From: Octopus bimaculoides
Taxonomy: Eukaryota
DNA length: 64,000 nucleotides
Assembly: GCF_001194135.2 (NCBI RefSeq)
Contig: NC_068982.1
Span: 11,558,676-11,622,675, forward strand
Direction: 5' to 3'
Under the pieces are notes generated by a model. That model saw only the letters and a program-made list of their open reading frames with translations, ran no database searches and was not told the origin of the DNA. Both the position numbers and the translations under genes were made by a program. This document shows, in pieces, positions 1 to 12,825 of the stretch. Position 1 is the stretch's first letter, and each line of letters begins with the position of its first letter.

Positions 1-906
1 AGAATAAGTACTAGGCTTATAAAGAATAAGTCCTGGGGTTGATTTGCTCAACTAAAGGCAGTGCTCCAGCATGGCTGCAGTCAAATGACTGAAACAAATA
101 AAAGAATATATATTATACCCCTTTGTATCTTAACTCACAAATTTCAACTGTTGATCAGAAATTTTTAAATAGATTTAATCTCTGTGACAAGTTAAAGAGA
201 TGCTACAGCCAGATACCAAATTAATGCTGTCTAACTGACACCACAAATTTTTTTCCATATATTTCAGTTACACTATAAAGATTCTCAGCTTCTGTAAAGA
301 AACTCAATTGCTAAATAACTCTTTGTCTATGACTAATTTTTCAACTGTACAATTTTATGGAATCTGCTTTTAGTTTGAGGAAATATAAAAGTATTTAAAA
401 TTTTACTTCCTTAATATATATTTTTAATATCTGAGTTTCTTTTTTCGGTCAGTGTATTGCAGATTTATTAATGACTCAACTCATAAAAATGCTATAGGTA
501 TATAATTACCACAAAAGCTATTCATTGAGAGTTTTACTCTTAGATTTACTTCAGCTACTAAATATTTATAGCAGTTTTTTTTTAATATACAAATCTATGT
601 CTATTAGTCATAAACTCATCTAAGAGAGCAAATATTGTTAAATCTGGCAGGAATACTATTTGGTTATTCCATGAAAGTTTTGAAAGAATTAAAATTTCAT
701 TTTTAATTATTTTTGTGGTTTAGCTTGGTATTCTTGAATTTAAATAACATTAAAAATATTTTTTTCAAATGTAAGTGATACTTACCAACTAATATCAAAC
801 AATAGGTTTAGTTTCTGACATTTAAAAAAGAATTTCACATATTCTTCCTGTAATATATTTTTAAAAAATGTAAATTATTTCTACAGTATATATATATGTA
901 TATATA

Positions 907-941
<35 letters not shown>

Positions 942-967
942 TTATACATACACACACACACACAATC

Positions 968-1004
<37 letters not shown>

Positions 1005-2793
1005 AAAACACACACACACACATACATAGGAAGACTTCAGGTTATATATTATACAGTGAATGTTTGCCCAAAATTCCATAGCTAGAAAACAAGTTGTTCA
1101 TGAATGTAGATAATTTATTGGAAAAATAAAGAATACATATTTCTAATTCCGTAATTTCAAGCAGATAGCTATTTTTGTAAAATAACACCACTAAATCCAT
1201 TTAACAAAAAGCCAGGCCATTAATAGTTTATTGATTAACTGACTGTTTGATATTTAATATGATAGCATGTTACAGAATATTAGATTTCTGAAATGTTAAA
1301 ACAATAAATATAGGCGGACTGAGAATTTGAGTGAAATAAATAAACGTTTAATAAGAGACAATTTCTGGGGTTTGCTCTTACAAATATATTATTAGAGTAA
1401 TTTATTATAGGAATTATCTGTTTCGTCTAGAGTTACGCTGAAATTCAGTTTTCAAAAAAATAACATTTTTCTTTTTAAGTTATTCGTTTTGCATATCTTG
1501 CGCATATTTTTGCACATGTGTATGCACAATTCATGGTTGAAAGCTTCATTGATGTCAAAAGCTACAATAACGTTTAGAAGAGCAGGATATTTTTATGTAG
1601 TTTGAGAATGTTTATATGTTTTTAACATTCTGTCATTATCTGTGAATAATTTATAGTTTGTTTCCTTATGAAAAATGTCCATATTGTTATCAGCTATATT
1701 TAATTTTTGTATACTTTTTATTATTATTATTATCATTTTTCTTTAAGTACTACCACCATCAGTTGTTGTAAAGTATGTTTCTTAAGTATATCTGTAAATA
1801 ACTGACCACTCCATCTAGGATAAAAAGTTACATCTGATTAAAATTTATAGCATTTCTAACTAGTCAAACTAGTTTCTATCATGACTGAAAATGTGATAAA
1901 ATGTCAAACAAGCAAACAACTGTAAGTACACTTTCTTTATTAAGGAAGCTACATTGTCTTTTAAAATATACATGTTCAATAATAGCATTTCTCTGAGCAT
2001 TTTTGTTATACATAAAATAATTTAATATTAAAAAGTAAATAAAAAAAAATCTAAAACAAAAGGTCATTAACCAGAGAATGAAGCTCTTATTCTTTTTCAA
2101 AGTATATACATTGTTATTTGTTCTCATTGCTGATTTCCTGACCCTGTTGAAATAGTTATGTAAATCAATTTCTTCTCTACAGCTGTTGTAAATAAGTGTT
2201 TTAATAGAAACACTCCCATTTCTTTTTAAATATTTTGAAGTTGTTAACATCTTTCAACTCTGAAGCAGTATAAATATAATATTAAGGTGGAATTAGCGAA
2301 TGCATCACAAATATTTGGGAAAATAGATAGGTTGATTCAAAAGGTTAAAATGTAATGTCTAAAGTTACTTCTTAAAATGACAAATTTAATGTCTTTGCAC
2401 TGATGGAGAAGCCTCCTAATAAAATAGTGAAAACACTCCACTATTTTAAAACTAATATTTCACTATTTTAACTCTGCACTGTTCAGATTACTGTTAAATA
2501 TTATGCTTATTTATTTGCATCATTTTGTATTAACCATGCATTATCTCATAGTTTCGATGTATCAGTGATGTGATTTTTTATTTTTATAATGTCAATGTAG
2601 GGTAGGAGTGAAAGGTTAGATATGGTCAGTTTGAATGTAATCACAAGTAGAATATTTGGGCCGGATATGGCCTGTTTGAATACTAAAGGGTTAAAAGGCA
2701 TATTTTATAGACAAAAGTCAACAATGTCTTTGTAGTTTCTCTAATCATTTTCATGTCTATGAACAAAAGATCTATTATAAAATTTCATTGAAA

Positions 2794-3124
2794 TTCTTTT
2801 ACTTGTTTCAGTCATTTCACTGCGGCCATGCTGGAGCACCACCTTTAGTCGAGCAAATCGACCTCAGGACTTATACTTTGTAAGCCTAGTACTTATTCTA
2901 TCGGTCTCTTTTGCTGAACCACTAAGTTACGGTGATGTAAACACACCAGCATCAGTTGTCAAGCGATGTTAGAGAGACAAACACTGACACACAAACATAT
3001 ACACACACATACATATATATATATATTCATATATATGACAGGCTTCTTTCAGTTTCTATCTACCAAATCCACTCATAAGGCTTTGGTCGGCCCAAGGCTA
3101 TAGTAGAAGACACTTGCCCAAGGC
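2794..3124 (-). mobile_element. SINE family A (tRNA-like head, CORE-like middle), truncated
   Basis: Shared body ttgtttcagtcatt..gcggccatgctggagcacc..gaagacacttgcccaagg, present in many copies in the window, including a + strand tail at 1-105. Confidence 0.85.
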
Positions 3125-3382
3125 ATGTAAATGTTATAAAATGGGCCCTAGTACCTGATTGCGGCTTTATTTTATTGACATCCATCTACAGCTGGATGTC
3201 CTTCCTTATGCCAACTATTTTACAGAGTGTAGTCTGCTTTTTACATGTTTACGTGGCACCAGCACCAGAACATCACAACTAATTTCCTTCTTCCTAAGGA
3301 ATTAGTAGGTATGGATATCTCTGACATGGAAAGTTCATCCAATTGACTTAATTTATGTATGATCCAAATGCATTCATCTGAG

Positions 3383-3769
3383 TTTGTTGTTGGCACTCCG
3401 TCGCTTACGACGTCGAGGGTTCCAGTTGATCCGATTAGCGGAACAGCCTGCTCGTGAAATTAACGTGCGAGTGGCTGAGCACTCCACAGACACTTGTACC
3501 CTTAACGTCGTTCTCGAGGATATTCAGCGTGACACAGTGTGACAAGGCTGACCCTTTGAATTACAGGCACAACAGAAACAGGAAGTAAGAGTGAGAGAAA
3601 GTTGTGGTGAAAGAGTATAGCAGGGTTCGCCACCATCCCCTGCCAAAGCCTCATGGAGCTTTAGGTGTTTTCGCTCAATAAACACTCACAACGCCCGGTC
3701 TGGGAATCGAAACTGCGATCCTATGACCGTGAGTCCGCTGCCCTAAGCACTGGGCCATTGTGCCTCCAC
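3383..3769 (-). mobile_element. SINE family B (tRNA-derived head with A and B boxes); other copies at 15790-15978 +, 35689-35962 +, 46075-46333 +, 54291-54674 - and 63477-63796 -
   Basis: Head gtggagg..caatggcccagtggttagggc..ggtttcgattccc, seen clearly at 35689. Shared body tgtacccttaacgtagttctc..gtgacacagagtgtgacaagg. Confidence 0.88.
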
Positions 3770-4396
3770 CATTTGAGTTTATATCTATCTATAAATGAAA
3801 CAGTTTTATAATTTTTATATTATATAGTTATATTTTAATTTTTATTTATTAGTGTGGGTATATGTGGTAAGATTTTAATATGGACGATATTAAACATGCT
3901 TTGGTATACAGCAATTTAAGAATGAAATACAAATGCTAGCATGTTTTTTGTTAGAAAGCAAAGAATACAAGGCTTTTATTTTCATCAGTGAGTTCATTGT
4001 TTATTTATGATCTCAATTTACTTGTTTACAAATGTGTAAAGTTTAATCCTACATCTTTATTTTTGATTCTAGCCAGGTTAATGTTATTATCTAACTATAA
4101 AATTCTTTCTTACCTTGCATTATTTATATGAAGCCTCTCTCTCTCTCTATTAATGTCACAAAATGTAACTTAAAAAAATAGAGTATGTGTGAAAGTGTAC
4201 AACACCGATGATTCATTCTGTTTTTGTATTTCCTTGTGTTTTTGAAATTCTCCACGGTGACTGATATGGGTGAATTCTAATTGTTGTTTCTATATTCACT
4301 TTTTTCATGCTGGCATGAATTGGATAAGATTTCTTGAACCACTATTCTACAGCTTGATTCCTTTATTGATGTCAACCCTTAATTTCAAGTAAGGTG

Positions 4397-4632
4397 CAGT
4401 AATCCCTTGCCATATTGCGGTTCACCTATCGTGGTTCACCTATCGCAGTTTATTATTTAAGCTTACATCAATTCCTCTGTGGTGTTGTTTTACCTTTATA
4501 ATAAAATAAATATATACAAATTATAAAAATGGTAAAAAAAATGTACAGCACAGTACTGTTTCTACTTTACAGATTTTCACTTATCATGGTGGGTTTTGGA
4601 ACATAATATCCGCAATAGTCAAAGGATAACTG
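4397..4632. mobile_element. Tigger-like MITE
   Basis: Termini cagtaatcccttg and caaaggataactg, with TA at the 3' side. Confidence 0.6.
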
Positions 4633-4691
4633 TATTTCTACTTTGTCCTCTGTGAAACATAATACTTATTTGTTCATATTGTTTGGAATTA

Positions 4692-5116
4692 CCGTAAATC
4701 CTCGAGTATAATCCGCACTTTTCCCCCAAAATTTAAAGGTCAAAATTTCCAGTGTGTACTATATACGAGGTTAAAAATGAAAAATATTTTCTTAGCAAAA
4801 TTTTGTAAGTGATAAATATGTAAAGGCAATTTACTTAATATTTATTTTTCACTGACGTTATTACTGTTATTTCTTTAATTTCTGCAAACAAAGTGCACAA
4901 AAAAGCTACACGTTTGCATTATGTTATATATACAATAATAATAAAGGACGTTACCGTATATACGTTTACATACCAGGGACGTTATATAGACCTCATTGAC
5001 TCAAGTTAGAGAAAGGGTGCATATTATACACAAGGTTTAGGTTTTTCAGAGGTACAGCCCCCTAAAAATCCCCTGCGTATTATACTCAAGGGTGGACTAT
5101 ACTTGAGGATTTACGG
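4692..5116. mobile_element. Tc2/Kanga-like MITE with TA target-site duplication, nested in a TTAA-type MITE
   Basis: TIRs ccgtaaatcctcgagtataatcc and ggactatacttgaggatttacgg, with TA on both sides. Confidence 0.8.
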
Positions 5117-5341
5117 TAATCATGCATTATCTTGTAGTTTAGAAATTTTGATGATATGCTTATTTAGTTTTAAAATGGCATTTTAGGGTTAGTGTAAGAG
5201 GCTGGATCTGGCCAGTTTCAACATAAAGCAGGTTAAATATTTTGGCCTGATTTGGCTGGTTTGAATGCTAAAGAGTTAAACTGCTGAACTATGGGGCCTA
5301 TGGTTCATGCAGGACATTAACATCATCGGTGCTCAACTAGC

Positions 5342-5640
5342 GTCATCGTCATCATTTAAAGTCCATTTTCCATGCTGGCATGGCTTGACAGGAACTGGTA
5401 AGGCCAAGGGCAGCACCAGGTTCCATAGTCTGCTTTGGTTTGGTTTCTATGGCTGGATGCCCTTACTAATGCCAATCACTCCACAGGATTTACTGGGTGC
5501 TTTTTATGTGGCACCATCATCAATGCCTTTTAAGTGGCACCAGTGCATTTTATATGGCACCAGTGCATTTAATATGGCACCAGTGCATTTTATATGGCAC
5601 CAACACCCACACCAAAGCTTTTGCGTGGCACCATGGTTGA
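5342..5640. repeat. Interspersed repeat family C with (CAT)n end; others at ~3160-3270, 25257-25495, 35965-36322, 42300-42390, 51195-51370, 61118-61285 and 61770-62100
   Basis: Shared ttccatgctggcatggg..ggctggatgcccttcctaatgccaacc and ttttatgtggcacc short tandem units. Confidence 0.75.
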
Positions 5641-6092
5641 ATGTGAATGTGAAAGCATGCAGAAACAAATACCCCTACACACTCATATACACACACATAT
5701 AAAATAGGCTTTTGTACAGTTTTCCATCTCACAAATTTCACTCAGAAGGCACTGGTCAGCCTGAAGCGAAAGCAGAAGACATTTGTCCAACGTGACATGC
5801 AGGGGGATTGAATTGAAAAATCACATGGCTGCAAAGCAAACTTCTTAACCATACATCTATGTCCATCACTTTCAAGCTTGATTATTTTTTCTCTTTGCAC
5901 CTGTTTAGAATGTAAATGTCATGTCAGTCCTTAAATTGTTTGCTCAAGAAATGGTAAACTTGAGATGGCAACAGACTGAAGTATTGAATTTGCACACATG
6001 CACATGCACGCACACCCACACACCCATCCACACACCCACACACCCATCCACACACCCACACACATGTGCGTGCCCACTTTGTCATTTGTATA

Positions 6093-6298
6093 CTCTTTAC
6101 TCTGTTTTAGTCATTTGACTGCGGCCATGCTGGAGCACCGCCTTTAGTCGAGCAAATCGACCCCAGGACTTAGTATTTGTAAGCCTAGTACTTTTTCTCT
6201 CGATCTCTTTTTGCCGAACCGCTAAGTTACGGGGGACGTAAACACACCAGCATTGGTTGTCAAGCGATGTTGGTGGGGGGACAAACACAGACACACAA

Positions 6299-6340
<42 letters not shown>

Positions 6341-6815
6341 NNNNNNNNNNNNNNNNNNNNNNNNNNNNNNNNNNNNNNNNNNNNNNNNNNNNNNNNNNNN
6401 NNNNNNNNNNNNNNNNNNNNNNNNNNNNNNNNNNNNNNNNNNNNNNNNNNNNNNNNNNNNNNNNNNNNNNNNNNNNNNNNNNNNNNNNNNNNNNNNNNNN
6501 NNNNNNNNNNNNNNNNNNNNNNNNNNNNNNNNNNNNNNNNNNNNNNNNNNNNNNNNNNNNNNNNNNNNNNNNNNNNNNNNNNNNNNNNNNNNNNNNNNNN
6601 NNNNNNNNNNNNNNNNNNNNNNNNNNNNNNNNNNNNNNNNNNNNNNNNNNNNNNNNNNNNNNNNNNNNNNNNNNNNNNNNNNNNNNNNNNNNNNNNNNNN
6701 NNNNNNNNNNNNNNNNNNNNNNNNNNNNNNNNNNNNNNNNNNNNNNNNNNNNNNNNNNNNNNNNNNNNNNNNNNNNNNNNNNNNNNNNNNNNNNNNNNNN
6801 NNNNNNNNNNNNNNN

Positions 6816-6850
<35 letters not shown>

Positions 6851-7091
6851 ACTACTCAGGAAGAGACTATTCTAGAGTACGTTCTGTCTTATCTTCGAAA
6901 CGTCTAGATAGAATAGAGACAGCTGATGAAGGGATATTCCAAGTGGCTTTCCGTTTTCCTATATGTTCGTTCCGTTGTCTGTAGTTTATTGTTCTAACGT
7001 CCTGTACCCTGATATGCATGTATATACACATGTAGATGTAAGTATGTACATATATGTGTGTATACATGTATATATATTCTTTGTATTATAT

Positions 7092-7124
<33 letters not shown>

Positions 7125-7288
7125 CGACAGGCTTCTTTCAGTTTCTGTCTACCAAATCCACTAACAAGGCTTTGGTCGGCCTGAGGCTGTAGTAGAAGAC
7201 ACTTGCCCAAGGTGCCACGCAGTGGGACTGAACCCAGAACCCTGTGGTTGGTAAGCAAGCTACTTACCACACAGCCATTCTTGCGCCT
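6093..7288 (-). mobile_element. SINE family A halves (6093-6340 and 7121-7288) flanking an N gap and an unrelated repeat
   Basis: Tail half lies before the gap; head half ends cacagccattcttgcgcct. Confidence 0.75.
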
Positions 7289-8262
7289 ATGTATGTATAC
7301 AGGGTGCATCGAATCTTTGAGGATACCCTTTTCAAAAGCTCTAACTTTCTTCTAACTTATTCTATTTTACCTTACTTTGAAGATAGATAATATCACACAT
7401 CAAGTTGACTCAGCAAATGAAAAGGCACGCTGTAATTGTTTCCTTAAATGAAAAAAAAATGCATGTATACAGGACTAGATTTAAACCATGGAGGCCCTGG
7501 GGCACTTCAAGTTCAGTGGGCTCCTTATACACAAGAATTAGAATCTTAGAAAATTACCAAGTTTAAACCCATCCATTTCAAATAATTGAATTTGATGAGT
7601 TAGCAGAGAAAGTTTGAATGGGTGACTGAAAATGTTGCTTTATAGATACATTTAAAAAAAATTCATATTTCGTTTTTCACACATCCACTTGTGGTGTTTC
7701 GCTTTTCCTTCATAGTGAAAAGTACAATGAAGGAAGGAAGAGTGGGGTGAGATTTTTTTCTTTTAATCTGAGTTACAAATGTTTCATAATGTAGAATAAG
7801 ATAAAATGACAGAAAATCATGAAAAAGGAAAAAAAAAATTATTTTTGTGGTTGTTGCTATTCCAAAGGCATGGTGAGTTTGTGTGTCTGTGTGTGTGTGC
7901 ATGAGATAAAGATGGGGTGGGTGAAGACCCCGATATTTAGAAGACCTGGATCCTCAAAATTATTTGTATCAATTTGTTTTCAAATACAACTTTCCTTTGA
8001 AGAGCTGTGCATCTTTTTCTAAATTCATACAAATGATCTCTGAAAAAGTGGCACACAACAGACTGAGAATTTACTAATCAGACTTGTCCTTGTCACTTAA
8101 AGATGAAAAACTCCAATAATACTCCAAAGACATAATGTCCTAGGAAACATAACTGTTTACATTTTCTGAAAATTTCTGTTGCGTAAAAAGTATCATAACA
8201 CTTTTTTATTTTCACTTTAAAGAAATTTTAATGAAAGTAAAATGGTAAAGTTCTTTATTCAG

Positions 8263-8699
8263 TCTTTTACTTGCTTCAGTCATTAGACCGTGGCCATGCT
8301 AGAGCACTGCCTTGAAGAATTCTTAGTTGAATGAATTGGCCTCAATATTTTTTTTTTTAAGCCTTGTACTTATTCTGTTGGTCTCTTTTGCTGAACCGTG
8401 AAGTTACATGGACGTAAGCACATCAACATTGGCTGTCAAGTGGTGGTGGAGACAGACACAAAAGCACGTACATACACATACACACCACACACACATGCAC
8501 GCACATACACATGCATACCACACACACGCATACACATACAATAAGCTTCTTTCAGTTTCTATCCACCAAATCCACTCACAAAGCTTTGGTTGGTTCAAGG
8601 CTTTAGTAGAAAACACTTGTCCAGAGTGTCACACAGTAGGACTGAACCTAGAACCATGTGGTTGGGAAGCAAACCTTTCTACACAGCCACACCTGCACT
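8263..8699 (-). mobile_element. SINE family A, near full length
   Basis: Same family body with an internal (CA)n tract. Confidence 0.85.
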
Positions 8700-9019
8700 T
8701 ATGTCTAAATAAATTGTAGTTATCTTCTATATCTGAATTCAAATATTTTTAATCATCCTATTATAATTGCCTATAATTTGTAATTTTCTGCTTGGCCACT
8801 GTGGAAATGATAATAATGAAGCCGCAAATATAACTTCATAGCTCTAAATATTACAGTCTGTGGAAAAACAAAATTGATATAGCTTATAAATATACAAATA
8901 TTAGAAATATAATGTTGAAGCTAACTTTGATTAATTAATAGTTTAATATACACATCTTTATTCATTGGCAAATATTTTTGCTGAAAATTTCTTCCTATTT
9001 TTTTTTTTCCTAGCAACCG

Positions 9020-9486
9020 ATTAATTCATTATTTGATTTGAAGAGGTAAAAACAGTATCAAGAAATGCAGTATTAATGTCATCGTCCTTTGATATTATTG
9101 TACTGTTCATTTTCGTTCTACTTTGTCCTATGTTATCTTTGCCTCTGAAGTCCAGCTTCCTCAAAGTTGACCTCAACACTTCCTCTGCATCCATTAACTT
9201 GCAGCACTTTTTCACCTGTATGTACAATTTATTTGCATCACACATACCCACCAGGGCATTGCTCACACAAAGTAATCCCTTTGATACTCAATGACAATTT
9301 CAGTTCATTTATGCTCGGCCTTTGAGTTAATTTGATGTTGGACATTCAATGAATTCTATTCAGTTCATTATTTCTAATCATTTGCAGATCTTTTACATTA
9401 ATTGCTCATGTCTGATTGCCATATACATTATAATTCTTACACATGCTTCATACATTTTGCTTTTTACCTTGAGATAGGGAAGAAAA

Positions 9487-9535
<49 letters not shown>

Positions 9536-10500
9536 GAAAGAAACTTTTGTTTGATAACAAAGGTAAAAGTACCCTGGGCTTCTTACTCTGGCCAATCAGT
9601 TTTTACCAGAAACAACTTCAGTTTTAGTTCCATAACCCAAATAACAGAACATGAATAATAATTTGAGGAGCCCACATGGTTCCAGTGTTGCAGCATTTCC
9701 ACTTTGGAACCATATCCCAAATGGATTGCAAATTGCTCCATCAGACCTGCCTGAGGCACAGACCCTATGATCATGTTCTTAGAAATACCAAATCTTAAGG
9801 CAATTTAAATTGAAACCATTCCACCACTTTAACTCCTATTTCAGCATTGAACTTCTGATGCAACAATCATAATGGCAAAAGTTGATGGCCTTTACTTGAT
9901 GTTTCTTTCTGCTGCCAGTTATCATCCAGCTTTTGATACATTTGATATCCAGGATCCTCCTCAGTTTACTTATATCTTTTGTACAGCCAGTGTTCAGACA
10001 TAAAATTAACTCCATTCCAGTTCCTATTTTCCAGAGTTTATTGAATACTTATGTTCTGCATTGATACTTGAGTATTTATAGTTCTTTGATGAATAAGAAA
10101 TATATTAAAAAAAAAAGAAAAGAACATTTGTTCACAGAAATTTCCATTTTCGTTAATTAGATGACTAACCAAGTTTGTCAGACTATTTCCATTGCCTACA
10201 TGTGTTCACATGTTTTCCATGTGCATTCATATAATGTTGTCCAAACTCATTCTGGGAATCCAGTTATTTCTCAGAAATTAATTATCTCTGACATACTCTT
10301 CTCTACATTCATAAATAGTGTGTATGCTGTCTGCTTGTAAGCAAAACATACTTTTGTGCTAATGTTATTATCTCACACACACACCACCAGCTTCTAGATA
10401 CAAGTCTCATGCTCATACAACTTGAACATCTGAAATGATCCATGCGCCTTGTTCAATGAATGGACACCTTGAGAAAACCCTGCAACACAGATACAATATA
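9020..10500 (-). mobile_element. Highly decayed non-LTR retrotransposon RT region (RTE-like)
   Basis: Fragmentary minus-strand motifs appear in the expected order: AYTLFMNVEKS (cf. FIDFEKAFD), TGFPE*VW, FCYLG and ARVRKAQGTF. Many stops and frameshifts. Confidence 0.4.
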
Positions 10501-11705
10501 CTTAAGAAAATGCAAACACAATGTTTAATCTGAACTTAGAAATTGCATGCCACCTTCACCAAAATCAACACCTTGTCAATTCATTGTATTCCTCATCTCC
10601 CACACCAAAGGGCTATTTCATGAACTCCCTTCTCTAACATGTAATAATTTAAGTTAAATATTAACCATCTCACTACTTTTATGTTCTAATATGTCAAGAC
10701 TTGAAAATGATATATCATTACTTCCAGTTGACAGATTAATTAATGAAAATAAATCATTCATTAATGCATGCTTTTCTATTAGCTTTTGAAAGTTGATTTA
10801 TTAGTTTTGTAGAAAATCTTGGTATTATTGATAATCATACCATGTTTCAATTTATCTGAGAAACTTTAGGTTGCAGTAACTTTCAAAGCATAAGTGAGGG
10901 ATGTTTGTCCTGCTTATCATATTGAATACTGAAGGTGCTGATAAAAATGCTTTTTCTTTCTCAATATATAAAAGAATTAGAAATAGCTACCAAGTGCTTC
11001 TGCAGATGATACCAAACTAGAAAATAAAATTGGAGTAGATGCATAGATTTTACATTTGTGAGGCAAAATGAGAAAAAATTACAGGCCAACACAGATAGTG
11101 CCAAAAAGGAAATAAGGAATATACAGAGTTCAGCAGAAGAAAGCTGAGAAAGCTGTGTGAAGATCAAGCCAAATGCAAACATGTCTGTTTGATGGAAAAC
11201 AAATGCAAAATGGCTTGTTAAGCAGTGAAAGGACTAACTATTAAAGACAATTTACTAGCATTTAAGATAAAAATGGGGAAATATTTTACAAAAACAGTTT
11301 CTGAGTATTAGACGAAATACTGCCTTTAGTTATGTACATTCCAGGCTAATATGATGAACTCAGCAATTTTGAATTGTTTTCCTTGTATCAATAAAAACAA
11401 AATCTTAGTCACACAAAAGGATGTTTGTAACACGGCAAAATCCTGTTAAAATCGGAAATTACTTAGAAATTATCAAAATCGTTGATATTGGTGCCTGAGG
11501 ATGATGAGACTACAGGTATCTTAAGATAATTTGATCTGGCACACAGCAGAATTGCCAACACTATATTAGTCATCACACTTTTCTAAGAAAGACAACACTA
11601 ACTACTTAGATCTTCAGCAACGATGAGAACATACAACATCAGTGTTAAAGGTTTTGAATGTTTAGAACATTTATGAAAAAAATATTAAAATACTATTAAA
11701 ACAGT

Positions 11706-12230
11706 TTTAATCAATGGTAAAGGAGTATGTCTACCTGGGGCACCCAACCAATATGTACTGAGACAGGGATGCTGAAATCTTGCAGAGAATAAGGACAGGA
11801 TGGGAGGCATTTGCCTTGATAACAAAACATGTGCAAAACTGGATAAGGCCCTACATGCTAGTCTCTTCAGTGGTACCATCCTACTGGAGCTCTTATATGC
11901 AAGTTCATAGTCTTATATGCAAGTTCATAGTCAACATCAGTTGACTATGAACCAAAGAGCCATGGAAAGATCCATTCTAAGAGTATGTCCCAAATGAGGT
12001 AATTTGAGACTGGAGTGGAATGAATGATATGATTGCAGAATATCAAAAGCACAAATTCCACTGAGCTGGACATGTTGCAAGGTGGATCTGTGCAGTTGCC
12101 AAGTGGTATCCAAGAGATGCTACTCTGTAGGCATCTACACAATGGGAAGATGATTTTTGTTAAACGATTTAGGCCATGATGAAAAAGAAGTGTGCAATCA
12201 AGAAAGGATTGTAAGTGCATTGTGACCAGT
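11706..12230 (+). mobile_element. RTE-clade LINE, decayed ORF2 3' end; weaker similarity may extend upstream to ~11040
   Basis: Translation with frameshifts: VKEYVYLG..EILQRIRTGWEAF, KLDKALHASLF..LLYAS, NQRAMERSIL, MIAEYQKHKFH*AGHVAR, AVAKWYPRD, QWEDD. These follow the typical RTE ORF2 C-terminal motifs. Confidence 0.85.
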
Positions 12231-12595
12231 GGTGTATAACAACATCTGATAGTCTTGTCAATGTAGATGGTTAATGTATCTTCTGTTGGAATAAAACATA
12301 GCTTAATGTTTGTGACTGACTGCTTTGAAAAAACAAAACAAAAACAAAAACATCAAAAGCAGAACAGTAACTATTCTCCACAAAGTTGATGTTAGAAGTG
12401 GGCTGGACAAATAATAATAACTCTTCTATCAATAAAATACACGAAGAATATCACTGTAACACTTGGAATGAAGGCTGTTACACTTCAAAAAAAAAAAATA
12501 AAGGGAAGAATTCAGGAAGTGGAAATGAAATGCCACTTTTACGGTCTGCTTTCTTTTTGCTGCTGAAATGTCTTTTAAAATAATAGACACAGCCA

Positions 12596-12825
12596 TTAAC
12601 CCTTTTGATACCAACCTGGCTGAAACTGCCTCTGGCTCTGTAGTACAAGTGTCTTGTTTTTAAAAGTTCTGAATTAAAATCTTCCACCAAACCTTAGTCA
12701 TAATTTATGTTCCTAACACTAGCTGAATGATAACTAAGTTATTTTACTAAATTTTTTGTTATATTTAAAATTAATTGAAAGAAACACAGAGCATCTCAAC
12801 AGAAATATGGTAACAAAAGGGTTAA
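12596..12825 (+). mobile_element. TTAA-flanked (piggyBac-like) MITE, family P1
   Basis: ttaa-cccttttg...caaaaggg-ttaa termini. Closely similar to copies at 19082-19312, 47859-48088 and 48101-48327. Confidence 0.85.

Noticed and set aside
1864-1921. Possible exon KLVSIMTENVIKCQTSKQL, plus micro-exon-like segments at 1748-1772, 786-814 (minus) and 26461-26479
   Set aside because: Phases are not mutually compatible, and similar candidates occur on both strands, showing the chance rate is high.
1879-2250. 123 aa minus-strand ORF
   Set aside because: AT-rich low-complexity composition, no recognisable motif or splice support.
6097-6984. Long ORFs spanning N gaps (also 31208-31885, 32475-32897, 36322-37517, 39435-40439)
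   Set aside because: Their length comes from Ns and (TA)n/(CA)n tracts; not genes.
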